NCBI GenBank assembly: GCA_040219355.1
Contig: JAVJSN010000015.1
Location: 382,708 to 446,707 of the forward strand
Direction: 5' to 3'
Source of the DNA: Hyphomicrobiales bacterium
GTDB taxonomy: Bacteria; Pseudomonadota; Alphaproteobacteria; Rhizobiales; MH13
DNA: 64,000 nucleotides
The position numbers and the translations under genes were made by a program. Shown one piece after another: positions 41,315 through 50,535 of this stretch (position 1 is its first letter; the number at the start of each line of letters is the position of its first letter). The notes beneath the pieces are model-generated. The model was not told the origin of the DNA. It made no database searches and saw only the letters and a program-made list of their open reading frames with translations.

Positions 41315-42276
41315 GACTGACGAGCGGCCAACGCCTGCCGATATTTTTCTGCGTCCCAGTTAAGAAGTTCGGCTTCGGCATCCGCGCCGATGGCGCTCGG
41401 TGTCCATTCAGCCGGTAGACGCGAAAGAACGTCGCTAAGGCATTGTGCCATGGCGTTCTGTGCCGGTGTTGCCTCCTTTCGGATCGCCAAACCCTCGCCT
41501 TCTACGAGGTAGGCGGGTGCGCCATCGACAGGTTTTGTTGGCAAGGCTGGGCCAAGAAAGACGACGTGGTCGGGATAGTATGACCCTCTGGTAGCCAAGG
41601 AAAACAGGCGGTGGTCCTGAGCCAACGCATTGGCTTGTGACCAGACAAAACCTTCGGGAGCAGGGCTCTGGCGTGCCGTGGCTTTGACCAGAACGGGCAT
41701 GGCCAAGCGTCGTTCAACCTCGCTCATGAGTTCAGCAACGTCAGATCCACTGTCGCCTGCCACGATCAGACCGTGATTGCCGAGAACGACCACCTGCGTG
41801 TTTGGCGTCAACTCGGCCGCAATTGCCTCTGTCAACGGGCGCCCGGGTTTGCGATAGGGCACGAAGGCCACCGGCAGGCCATCGAGCTTGCGTTTTGCTT
41901 CGGCAATGCCTTTGTCACTTGTGGCATGCGCCAATGTTGCGACCGAATGCGTGTGTGCGACGACGGGCCAATCAATCAGAGCGTGAAAGGTGGTTTCGAT
42001 GGATGGGCGTAGTCCGCGCTCTGGATCAAGAATGGCGGCCTGACAGGTGCCATCGCCGGCGCCTTTGGCTTCGGATAGAGCGATAGCGCGGTCCACAGCG
42101 ACGAAAATGTCTTGATCCAGAGCATTGGCGAGCTCCGTGCCCGATGCTTTGATCCACAGTGTCTCGCCAATCTTGATGGATGTGTTCCCACCTGGCCCCT
42201 GGACGCGCAGCGGGTCGCTACCACAGACAGCGGAAAGCGTCAGAAACTCTTCAGGGAGCGCAGCGTGATTGCCCAT
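41311..42276 (-). CDS. Class II aldolase/adducin family protein (RhaD-N-domain-like)
   Basis: QGPGGNTSIK, IKASG, RPSIETTFH, HTH, NHGL, YPDHVVFLG. Confidence 0.88.
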   Translation of the reverse strand: MGNHAALPEEFLTLSAVCGSDPLRVQGPGGNTSIKIGETLWIKASGTELANALDQDIFVAVDRAIALSEAKGAGDGTCQAAILDPERGLRPSIETTFHALIDWPVVAHTHSVATLAHATSDKGIAEAKRKLDGLPVAFVPYRKPGRPLTEAIAAELTPNTQVVVLGNHGLIVAGDSGSDVAELMSEVERRLAMPVLVKATARQSPAPEGFVWSQANALAQDHRLFSLATRGSYYPDHVVFLGPALPTKPVDGAPAYLVEGEGLAIRKEATPAQNAMAQCLSDVLSRLPAEWTPSAIGADAEAELLNWDAEKYRQALAARQS

Positions 42277-42280
42277 CGCT

Positions 42281-43135
42281 CTAGCCTTTCTCGCCAGCCA
42301 AATTGCCAATCAGAAAATCTGGCAAGGGCGACGCGTGGTCTTGCGCGAGGCGTGCCGTGACCTCGATTGGGTCGCGATTATCAAAGGCGTCGGCGTGCAG
42401 GCCGGTCATCACAAAGGCGGTTTTCCAGCCGGCATTGGCCCCTCCAGCAATATCGTGTTCCAGCGAGTCACCCACCATGAGTGTGGAAGATGGTGCTGTT
42501 CCCAGTGCGTCGATCAGGGCATCAAAAACTGGGCGGTGGGGCTTGCCGTAAAACACGACTTCGCCACCGGCGTCTTGATAGTCATGGGCAAGAGCGCCCG
42601 GCGATAGCTGCACCACACCATCGGCGCGCGGTGAACCGCGATCCGGGTTGGTACAGTAAAGCGGCAGTCCTTTTTTACGTGCCTGACTAAGCAAGGCGCG
42701 CTCTTCGTGGCCGTCCCCACCTTCCGGTAGGCCCATCAAAAGCACGGCATCAGCTTGCTCCAACGTGCTTGCCCAGGAGAGGAAGAGGCCATTGCCCCAA
42801 AACTTGGCATCGCCTGGTTTGGCCGTGATCGGCAGAAAGCTTTTGTACGGAATACGGGCTTTGGCGCAGTCTTGCCAAAATGCCTCGCCTGACGTCATCA
42901 CGTGATCAAAGGCATCAGCTGGTAGACCCATGGCCGCGATCCGCTGACGGTTGGGCTCTGACCGCTTTCCTGAGTTGGACAAAACAGCCAGTTTTTTTCC
43001 TGCTTTTGCCAGCTCCTCGACGGCGTCGATAGCGCCGGGGTAGGGCTGCGAGCCATTGTGCAGCACACCCCACTGATCAAACACAATCGCATCGCATTGA
43101 CCGGCTACGGCCATCAGGTTGTCGATGGATTGCAT
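42281..43135 (-). CDS. HAD-superfamily subfamily IIA hydrolase (TIGR01459-like)
   Basis: FDQWGVLHNG, LSNSGK, TNPD, GKPH, GDSLEHDI. Confidence 0.9.
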   Translation of the reverse strand: MQSIDNLMAVAGQCDAIVFDQWGVLHNGSQPYPGAIDAVEELAKAGKKLAVLSNSGKRSEPNRQRIAAMGLPADAFDHVMTSGEAFWQDCAKARIPYKSFLPITAKPGDAKFWGNGLFLSWASTLEQADAVLLMGLPEGGDGHEERALLSQARKKGLPLYCTNPDRGSPRADGVVQLSPGALAHDYQDAGGEVVFYGKPHRPVFDALIDALGTAPSSTLMVGDSLEHDIAGGANAGWKTAFVMTGLHADAFDNRDPIEVTARLAQDHASPLPDFLIGNLAGEKG

Positions 43136-43142
43136 TGTCTGT

Positions 43143-44069
43143 TCAATCCGGCGTTGGTGGGACGAGGCCAGCGATGTAGGCGTCCGCTTCCTGTTTGGAC
43201 ATGGCTGGCGCGGCTTTGTCGACCGATCCCGCAGGCATGTCGCCGAAGTAGAATTGGTAGCCTGGGATCACTTGACGGCGTTTGCGCAATGGCATTCCGT
43301 CATAAGGGAACACGTCGGAGCGGGCATTGGCCACCTTGTCGTGGCAGGCGAGGATGTAGTCAGCGCGTTTGTCCAACTCTTCCACAGATTTCCAGCCTTC
43401 GAAGGAGTTCACGAAGCGGGCCGGGACCCAGTATCGCCAACCTTCGGCTGGATTGGGTTCCAAATTGCGCTCTTGGAAGATGGCATCGCCAGCAACAACG
43501 ATGTCGCCGGCCGAGGTTGCGACCGTCACTGCCATGTGACCGACTGAATGGCCCGGCGTATGGAACATGGTGATGCCGGGTAGCACCTCACATTCATCTT
43601 CCACGGCCTCAAACACACAGCCTGCGTAGGCGTGTTCAATGCCCAGATAGCCGGACTCATAGGTGCGGTAGTAGAGCGGTAGCGGGTTGTAGGCCATTTC
43701 AATTTCGGCTTTGGGCGCGATATAGCGGGCGTTCTTGAACTCTTTCATGTTCTGCACGTGATCCCAGTGCAGATGAGTGAACACAATGGCGTCTATCTCG
43801 TCTGGATGCACACCGAGCTTCTGTTCGAGGTGTTCGTGCACCTGGAGGCAACCACGCTTATCACACTTATGATGGTACTTGGTTGCGCGTTCTTCATCGC
43901 AAAGGCCTGTGTCGATAAGGATCTTGTGCTCGCCGGTATCCACATAGTGACAATAGACCGGGTTCCAAATCTTTAGACCTGCCGGACCCTTCCAAAAAAT
44001 GTAGGTGCCAAGGTCTGCTTCCAGCCAGCCGGTGTTGATAGGATAGATTTTTGTCTCGTTAATGCCCAT
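43143..44069 (-). CDS. Metallo-beta-lactamase fold lactonase (AHL-lactonase family)
   Basis: LIDTG, THLHWDH (HxHxDH), HTPGHSVGH, AGDA, CHD. No signal peptide. Confidence 0.88.
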   Translation of the reverse strand: MGINETKIYPINTGWLEADLGTYIFWKGPAGLKIWNPVYCHYVDTGEHKILIDTGLCDEERATKYHHKCDKRGCLQVHEHLEQKLGVHPDEIDAIVFTHLHWDHVQNMKEFKNARYIAPKAEIEMAYNPLPLYYRTYESGYLGIEHAYAGCVFEAVEDECEVLPGITMFHTPGHSVGHMAVTVATSAGDIVVAGDAIFQERNLEPNPAEGWRYWVPARFVNSFEGWKSVEELDKRADYILACHDKVANARSDVFPYDGMPLRKRRQVIPGYQFYFGDMPAGSVDKAAPAMSKQEADAYIAGLVPPTPD

Positions 44070-44099
44070 GCTACTCCGCTCCGGCTGTTGGTGCGGCTA

Positions 44100-44111
44100 T
44101 TTGTATACAAA
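44100..44111. promoter_or_regulatory. Putative GntR operator TTTGTATACAAA upstream of the lactonase operon
   Basis: Perfect 12-bp palindrome, identical to the core at 44909-44920. Confidence 0.75.
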
Positions 44112-44170
44112 GATTTTCTTCTGTCCACAGCCAACAGCAAATATGCCGAGAAATTGTTCCCATGGCGCCT

Positions 44171-44824
44171 CTAATTGGCTGCAAGCACGCGCATGAAGCT
44201 CTCTTCCATGTGCTTGCGCATATAATCAAAGGCATCATTGGAGTTGGCTGAGAATATTTTTTCCAGCAATTCATCGTGACTTTTGGCAGAGGAAATTAGG
44301 TCTGCTTTGGTGGCAAATTTCTTGGCGCGAAATGGCCCGGTACGCCGCCGAAAATCTGATGCCATCTGTTGGATGTAGGGATTTCCAGTCGCTTGGTAGA
44401 TGGCGAAGTGTAGTGCTTCGTTGGCGCGAAGATAGGCTGGAAAATCGCCAGCATTTGCGGCCTTATGGCAACGTGCCTGCGCCTCTTCAATCTGAGAACG
44501 GGCAAGCAATGTGAGGCGTTGCGCCACCAGGCGGGCGCAAAGGGCCTCGATTTCGTGCATAGCTTCGAACATTTGCGCAAGGTCTTCGCGGCTGTATTGC
44601 GCAACCCGCGCACCACGACCTTCGCCTGTTTCCAGAACGCCTTGAGCGGTCAGTCGACCCAGTGCCTCGCGTACAGGCGTGCGCGAAGCTCCAAAGCGTT
44701 CAGCCAGTCTTGTTTCGTCAAGCCGTTCGCCAGGTGCAATCTGGCCAGCGGCGATCTCATCCAAGAGGGCGGCCTCGATCTTTTGTGCAACGCTGACGCG
44801 GCCCCGTTGGTTCTCAGACCTCAT
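44171..44824 (-). CDS. GntR family regulator (FCD domain)
   Basis: PGERLDETRLAERFGASRTPVREAL, NEALHFAIYQATGN. Confidence 0.93.
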   Translation of the reverse strand: MRSENQRGRVSVAQKIEAALLDEIAAGQIAPGERLDETRLAERFGASRTPVREALGRLTAQGVLETGEGRGARVAQYSREDLAQMFEAMHEIEALCARLVAQRLTLLARSQIEEAQARCHKAANAGDFPAYLRANEALHFAIYQATGNPYIQQMASDFRRRTGPFRAKKFATKADLISSAKSHDELLEKIFSANSNDAFDYMRKHMEESFMRVLAAN

Positions 44825-44907
44825 ACCTAGCCTCCCCTTTGTCTGGTTAGGTACCGCAATCGTCGCTTAAAAACAATCATAGCGTCATATTGTATGTTTT
44901 TGATTGC

Positions 44908-44921
44908 TTTTGTATACAAAA
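44908..44921. promoter_or_regulatory. Putative GntR operator TTTTGTATACAAAA in the gntR/ABC divergent promoter
   Basis: Perfect 14-bp palindrome with the TTGTATACAA core typical of GntR-family sites. Confidence 0.78.
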
Positions 44922-44961
44922 TATGTGTTGCTTGTGGAACTGGGAGAAAAGAAGAGCTGAA

Positions 44962-46041
44962 ATGCCCGAAATCCGGCTGGAAAACCTACGCAAGGCTTAT
45001 GGTCCCGTCACTGTGATCGAGGATCTGAACCTTACCATGAATGATGGTGAGTTCACGGTTCTCGTGGGCCCCTCAGGGTGTGGCAAGTCCACCACTTTGC
45101 GGATGATTGCTGGGCTTGAGTCCGTGACAGGTGGCTCGATTTCAATCGGCGATCGTGATGTGACCCGGCTTGATCCTAAGGATCGCGATCTCGCGATGGT
45201 TTTTCAGGATTATGCGCTCTATCCGCATATGAACGTTGCCAAGAATATGTCGTTTGCGTTGCGGTTGGCGCGATATCCCAAAGCAGAGATCGACTCTCGG
45301 GTAAAAGAGGTCGCCGCAACACTTGGGCTCGATCAGCATTTGCACCGACGTCCGGGTGAGTTGTCAGGCGGTCAGCGACAGCGCGTTGCCATGGGGCGGG
45401 CGCTTGTGCGCGACGCTTCAACATTTTTGTTCGATGAACCTCTGTCCAATTTGGATGCGAAACTGCGCGGGCAAATGCGCGCTGAGTTGGCGCTGATGAG
45501 CAAGCGTATCCAAAAGAACATGGTCTATGTGACCCATGATCAAATCGAAGCGATGACGCTGGGCGACAAAATTGTGGTCATGCGAGGCGGTGAGATCATG
45601 CAGGCTGGCACGCCAGAAGCGCTTTATCGCCGTCCAGCCAGTCGGTTTGTGGCCGGGTTCATCGGCTCGCCCACGATGAACTTCTTGAACGCAGAATTGG
45701 TTCAGGAAGGCGATCAGGTTTTAGTCTCCGGCCCTGGCTTCCGCATCCCGCTAACCCCCGAGCGCGCCAGCGGTCTGTCCAGCTATCATGGGCAGGCCGT
45801 TCAGGTGGGCGTGCGACCGTCCGCTTTTGCTGAAGACACGGGTCCGGACGCCATGACGCTGCCGATTGTTCTGTCGGAGTACATTGGTGCCCAGTCAGTG
45901 CTTATTTCCGAGCTGGGCGGACAAACCATCCAAATCGAAATTTCAACGGCCGCGCCAATCCCGTCTGGAGAGTCGCGCTCGTTCCGTATCGATACTGGGG
46001 AACTGCACCTCTTTAATCCGAAAACTGAAGCAGCGCTCTAA
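44962..46041 (+). CDS. Carbohydrate ABC transporter ATP-binding protein (MalK/UgpC-like)
   Basis: GPSGCGKST, VFQDYALYPHM, LSGGQRQR, DEPLSNLDAKLR. Confidence 0.95.
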   Translation: MPEIRLENLRKAYGPVTVIEDLNLTMNDGEFTVLVGPSGCGKSTTLRMIAGLESVTGGSISIGDRDVTRLDPKDRDLAMVFQDYALYPHMNVAKNMSFALRLARYPKAEIDSRVKEVAATLGLDQHLHRRPGELSGGQRQRVAMGRALVRDASTFLFDEPLSNLDAKLRGQMRAELALMSKRIQKNMVYVTHDQIEAMTLGDKIVVMRGGEIMQAGTPEALYRRPASRFVAGFIGSPTMNFLNAELVQEGDQVLVSGPGFRIPLTPERASGLSSYHGQAVQVGVRPSAFAEDTGPDAMTLPIVLSEYIGAQSVLISELGGQTIQIEISTAAPIPSGESRSFRIDTGELHLFNPKTEAAL

Positions 46042-46092
46042 GCGTCGCTGAAAACCGGCCAAAATGGCCATCATCATCTTGGGAGGAATAAG

Positions 46093-47433
46093 ATGAAATT
46101 GATCAAGACAATAGCCCTTGCGGCGCTTGTCGGCACTGCGATCAGCAGCGCTCCGGCATCGGCGCAGATGCCAGAAGCGGTTTACGCGCCTTATCAGGCC
46201 GTGACGCTGGTGGTGAACTTCCCTGCGCACCCGCACTATGATGCAGCGATGCGCGTGTTGCCGCTTTTCACCGAAGAAACGGGCATCGAAGTTGAAGTCG
46301 ATCAGCTTCAATATCTGCGTATGCGCGAGCGCCAAACACTTGAACTGACGCAGGATGAAGGCGACTACGATCTCATCGCTTACGTTGTGTTCTCGAAGGC
46401 TGACTATGTGTTCGCCGATCAGCTGCACAATTTGGCACGGTTCTTCATGGACCCTTTGCTCGCCGATCCAAATTACAATGCTGACGACCTGATCGACGGT
46501 TATGTGCAAAACATTGGCGTTGCTGGCGGTACCAAAGGCTATCTGCCGGGGCCCACTGGTTCTCTGTTCGGCATTCCGTTCGGTTCAGAAACATCGGTTC
46601 TAGGCTACCGTACCGACGTGTTTGAAGAGCATGGCCTGGAAGTGCCCGAGACTTATGAAGAGCTTCTTGAACTTGCCTGCCTGATCACTGAGCTGGAGCC
46701 CGGTATGGGCGGTCTCGCATCGCGCGCAGCGTCCGGTCACCAGGCAAGCCACGCTTATCTGTTGCACCTCAACCCTCTGGGCGGTGGTATCTTTGATGAC
46801 AATTGGGAGCCTATCGTCAACAATGCCCAGGGTGTGGAAGCAGCCCAAGCACTGAAGACTATTGTGGATTGCGGCATCGAAGGCTCAACCACCTTTGGCC
46901 CGTCTGAGGCTGCGGCGGCCTTTGCTCAAGGTCAGTATGCGATGTTCTTGGACTCCATCGCTTTCGCAGCTGGGTTTGAGGATCCTTCGCGTTCCACAGT
47001 TGCCGGTAATGTCGGTTGGGCCATGCACCCCATGGGTGTTGAACGGGCTTCGCAGACCGGTGGTTTCGGTCTGGCCATCCCACGCAATGCGCCAAACGCT
47101 GAAGCGGCATTCTTGCTGATGCAGTGGCTGACCAGCCCACGGATCGATCTAATGATCGCCATGGAAGGTGGAAACCCGTCGCGGTTCTCGACTTACCAGG
47201 ATGCCGCGCTAAACGAGCGCTTCCCATACTCGGCAACATTCGGTGAAGCTCTGCGCTTTGCTGATCCAGACTGGCGTCCAATCATCCCGACTTGGGGAGA
47301 AATCAATGCTGATCTAGGCACCACACTCAGCCAAATCCTGACAGAGGACCTGGACATCCAGGAAGGTCTGGACGGCGTTGCAGAACGTGCACGTGGGATC
47401 ATGGACGAAGCCGGCTACTACGCCTGGCGGTAA
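46093..47433 (+). CDS. Carbohydrate ABC transporter substrate-binding protein (CUT1)
   Basis: Signal peptide, FTEETGIEVEV, GIPFGSE..LGYRTDVF, GGFGLAIP. Confidence 0.88.
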   Translation: MKLIKTIALAALVGTAISSAPASAQMPEAVYAPYQAVTLVVNFPAHPHYDAAMRVLPLFTEETGIEVEVDQLQYLRMRERQTLELTQDEGDYDLIAYVVFSKADYVFADQLHNLARFFMDPLLADPNYNADDLIDGYVQNIGVAGGTKGYLPGPTGSLFGIPFGSETSVLGYRTDVFEEHGLEVPETYEELLELACLITELEPGMGGLASRAASGHQASHAYLLHLNPLGGGIFDDNWEPIVNNAQGVEAAQALKTIVDCGIEGSTTFGPSEAAAAFAQGQYAMFLDSIAFAAGFEDPSRSTVAGNVGWAMHPMGVERASQTGGFGLAIPRNAPNAEAAFLLMQWLTSPRIDLMIAMEGGNPSRFSTYQDAALNERFPYSATFGEALRFADPDWRPIIPTWGEINADLGTTLSQILTEDLDIQEGLDGVAERARGIMDEAGYYAWR

Positions 47434-47447
47434 GCCAATACGCTTTG

Positions 47448-47477
47448 CGGCGGGCCGACTTACCGGTCCGCCGTTTT
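47448..47477 (+). terminator. Intercistronic hairpin / partial terminator after the SBP gene
   Basis: CGGCGGGCCG-acttac-CGGTCCGCCG followed by TTTT. Confidence 0.6.
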
Positions 47478-47505
47478 CGCTTTTCGAAGGTTCGGCGCAA
47501 AGCTC

Positions 47506-48444
47506 ATGAACATCCAAGCTGCCAATCGGCTCACGCCCTATATGTTTTTGGCACCGGCTGCCGCGGTGATGATCATCGCGCTGCTCTATCCGATCGGCTA
47601 CATGGTCTATGCGAGCTTTTTGGATTGGAATCCCAGTCAGCGCATTGGCGAAGCTGAATTTGTCGGTCTGCGCAATTACATAAATCTCTGGAATTCCGCC
47701 AGTTTTTGGGAAAGTTTTTGGGTCACCATTCGCTTCGCGGCGTTTGTCGTGTCCATCGAAATGTTCCTTGGTGTTGGGCTCGCGCTGCTGCTTGATCGTC
47801 AATTGCGCGGCATGGCCGTTCTGCGCACGATTTTTATCTTGCCGATGATGATTGCGCCCATCGTTGTTGGTTTGATGTGGCGCTACATGTACCATCCGCA
47901 GGTTGGCGTGTTTAACCGCTGGCTGAACAATCTGGGCTTCGACACAATCCCCTTTCTTGGCGACAGTTCCTGGGCATTCGCCTCTGTTGTCATTGCGGAT
48001 ATCTGGCAGTGGACGCCATTCATTTTCATTTTGGCTCTTGCTGCGTTGCAGTCCTTACCGTCCTCAGCGTTGGAAGCTGCGCGGGTTGATGGTGCCACCG
48101 GCTGGCAGCAAATTCTCTACATCAAGCTGCCCCTCATGTTGCCGGTGCTGATCGTTACCTGCCTGTTGCGTCTGATCGATGCTTTCAAGGTGCTCGAGGT
48201 GATCCTGGTCATGACCAATGGCGGGCCAGGGCTATCAACCGAGATTCTGGCCCTGCGTATCTCGCGCACGGCCTCTGAATTCCGACAGCTGGGTGAGGCA
48301 GCGGCGATGTCGAACTATCTGCTTATTCTTCTCATGGCGATCACGGCCATCATGTTTGTATACACGCGGCTCAATGATGCCCGGTTGGCGCGGATACGCG
48401 CAGCGGGGGCTAAGGCCGCTCAGGCCGAAGAGGAGGCGGCTTAG
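47506..48444 (+). CDS. Carbohydrate ABC transporter permease
   Basis: FVGLRNY, LPMMIAPIV, WQWTPF, LEAARVDGA. Confidence 0.93.
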   Translation: MNIQAANRLTPYMFLAPAAAVMIIALLYPIGYMVYASFLDWNPSQRIGEAEFVGLRNYINLWNSASFWESFWVTIRFAAFVVSIEMFLGVGLALLLDRQLRGMAVLRTIFILPMMIAPIVVGLMWRYMYHPQVGVFNRWLNNLGFDTIPFLGDSSWAFASVVIADIWQWTPFIFILALAALQSLPSSALEAARVDGATGWQQILYIKLPLMLPVLIVTCLLRLIDAFKVLEVILVMTNGGPGLSTEILALRISRTASEFRQLGEAAAMSNYLLILLMAITAIMFVYTRLNDARLARIRAAGAKAAQAEEEAA

Positions 48445-48445
48445 C

Positions 48446-49321
48446 ATGTCGCAAGGACACATCGAGAATCGCGCAAACCCAGCCTTCTATGTGCTGCTCA
48501 TCTGTCTGGTGGTGATGTCTGCTGGTCCAATCGTGCTCATGCTGGCCAATTCGTTCAAGCTGAACGTGGATATCACCTCGCCAACAGCCAGTCTGTTTTT
48601 CATGCCGACGTTGCAAAATTACGAAACGGCGTTGTGCGAATTTCTGCCCTACGAGCCTGAGCATCTGCGCCGCTGTGACCCGACCTTTGGTCGTGCGCTG
48701 GTCAATTCACTGATCATTTCTTTGGTCTCTACAGCTCTTACCCTCATTCTTGGCTGCATGGCTGCCTATTCCATTGTGCGGTTTCGTTTCATGGGCCGTG
48801 ATACAGCAAGCTTCACAACGCTTATCATGCGTATGGTGCCGCCTGCTGTGCTGTTGGTTCCCGTGTTCGGCATTTGGAACGAACAGTTTGGTCTCGATGG
48901 CACGCGTTCTGGCATCATTCTTGTCTATGTGGCGATGAACTTGCCGTTTGTGATCTGGATATTGCAGAGTTTTATCGTGCAGGTGCCAATACAGTTGGAA
49001 GAGGCTGCGCGCATCGACGGGGCAGGGCCATTTCGTGTGTTTTTCCTGGTGGTTCTGCCGCTGATCAAACCAGGGCTCGCCGCCGCAGCGATCTTCACCT
49101 TCCGGGTGGCATGGAACGAATTTCTGTTGGCCAACGCGCTGTCAGACCGCAATTCTCGCACCGTTCCGGTCACCATTGTGAACTCAATCACTGAGTACAA
49201 TATTGACTGGGGCGTGATCATGGCGACGGGCATGTTGCTTGCCATTCCACCCATCCTCTTCACATTTTTCGCCTCGCGTCAGATCATTACCGGCATGACC
49301 GCGGGTGCCGTGAAGGGTTAG
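48446..49321 (+). CDS. Carbohydrate ABC transporter permease
   Basis: NSLIIS, RMVPPAV, LEEAARIDGA, WNEF, GMTAGAVKG. Confidence 0.93.
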   Translation: MSQGHIENRANPAFYVLLICLVVMSAGPIVLMLANSFKLNVDITSPTASLFFMPTLQNYETALCEFLPYEPEHLRRCDPTFGRALVNSLIISLVSTALTLILGCMAAYSIVRFRFMGRDTASFTTLIMRMVPPAVLLVPVFGIWNEQFGLDGTRSGIILVYVAMNLPFVIWILQSFIVQVPIQLEEAARIDGAGPFRVFFLVVLPLIKPGLAAAAIFTFRVAWNEFLLANALSDRNSRTVPVTIVNSITEYNIDWGVIMATGMLLAIPPILFTFFASRQIITGMTAGAVKG

Positions 49322-49326
49322 CGTCG

Positions 49327-50535
49327 ATGGGTTGTTCCGTCCTGCTGCTGGCGACGATGGAAACCAAACAAGAGGCCATTGCCTACTTTCAGGCGGTAAT
49401 GGATCGGCATGGTGTGCATTGTCATATGCTCGATCTGTCGCTGAACGCTCGCGGCGAGGTCCTTTCTGGTGTGCGCAAACTTCAAACGATGGCTGAGGTG
49501 GCAAACAACGCCGCGGTTCTGGCGCGTGACGCCATTGAAGCAGGGGCAACGGCGGCTGTTTCCATTGGTGGCGGGACTGGCGGAGAAATTGCGCTGCAAG
49601 TGATGCGCAGCATGCCGTTTGCCTTCCCCAAAATGTTGGTGACGACGCTACCGTTCGATCCGCGTTACGCCTTGGCCGACAATGCCATTGTTGTTGTCCC
49701 GACTCTTGCTGATGTCTGCGGGATCAATGCTGCTTTGCGGCAGGCGCTGGAAAATGCTGGTGCCATGCTGGCCGGGCTTTGCCAGGCCTCAACCACCTTG
49801 CCGCACGTTTCTGCCAACCCTTCGGTCGGCATTACCGCGCTTGGTGCAACCGGTGCCTGCGCTGACGGTTTGGCAAACGCGCTAAAGGCCGAAGGGCAAG
49901 AGGCCACCGTGTTCCACGCCAATGGCTTTGGAGGAGCGGCCTACGCCCGTTTTGCACGCTGCGGTACGTTCCACTCGGTTGTCGATATGACGCTGCATGA
50001 ACTCACCCGCATCCACGTGGCAGGCGCGCATGTCCACATGCCTGATCGGTTGACGGCGGCACGTGATGCCGGTGTCCCGCAGGTCGTACTGCCTGGCGGA
50101 TTGAATTTCATCGGGCTAGGGGAATTGGCTCTGGTGCCACCAGCCTATCTGGAGCGACCGCATTATCAACATACCGGCTTTTTTACCCATGTTCAGGTGA
50201 CTGAGGACGAAATGGTCCATGTCGCGGGCAAGCTGGCCGACGCTTTAAACGGCGCCACTGCGCCGGTTTCTGTTTTGGTGCCTATGGGTGGTTTTTCCCA
50301 TCAGGATGCGCCCGGTGGCGCGATTGAATCTCCGGTGCTGCGCGACGCGTTTCTCGGTGTGATGCAAGATTCCTTGTCATCATCCGTCACGTTGCGCCCG
50401 CTCGATCATCACATCAACGATGCCCGCACAGTGCGCGCCATCATGGATGTCCTGCGTCACCACTTGCCTGCCCCCAACGAAGCTCCCCAAAAAGCCCCCC
50501 ATGAAGGAACGATCCATGTCCGCGCAGAAGCCTGA
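49327..50535 (+). CDS. Tm-1-like ATP-binding domain protein (UPF0261)
   Basis: ATMETKQEA, GGGTG, MPFAFPKMLVTT, DVCGIN, VFHANGFGG, PQVVLPGG, PMGGFS, HINDA. Confidence 0.85.
   Translation: MGCSVLLLATMETKQEAIAYFQAVMDRHGVHCHMLDLSLNARGEVLSGVRKLQTMAEVANNAAVLARDAIEAGATAAVSIGGGTGGEIALQVMRSMPFAFPKMLVTTLPFDPRYALADNAIVVVPTLADVCGINAALRQALENAGAMLAGLCQASTTLPHVSANPSVGITALGATGACADGLANALKAEGQEATVFHANGFGGAAYARFARCGTFHSVVDMTLHELTRIHVAGAHVHMPDRLTAARDAGVPQVVLPGGLNFIGLGELALVPPAYLERPHYQHTGFFTHVQVTEDEMVHVAGKLADALNGATAPVSVLVPMGGFSHQDAPGGAIESPVLRDAFLGVMQDSLSSSVTLRPLDHHINDARTVRAIMDVLRHHLPAPNEAPQKAPHEGTIHVRAEA

Noticed and set aside
43143-44069. Quorum-quenching AHL lactonase
   Set aside because: The family motif fits, but the gene heads a sugar-catabolic operon under a GntR operator and no luxI/luxR is nearby. 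A metabolic lactonase is more likely.
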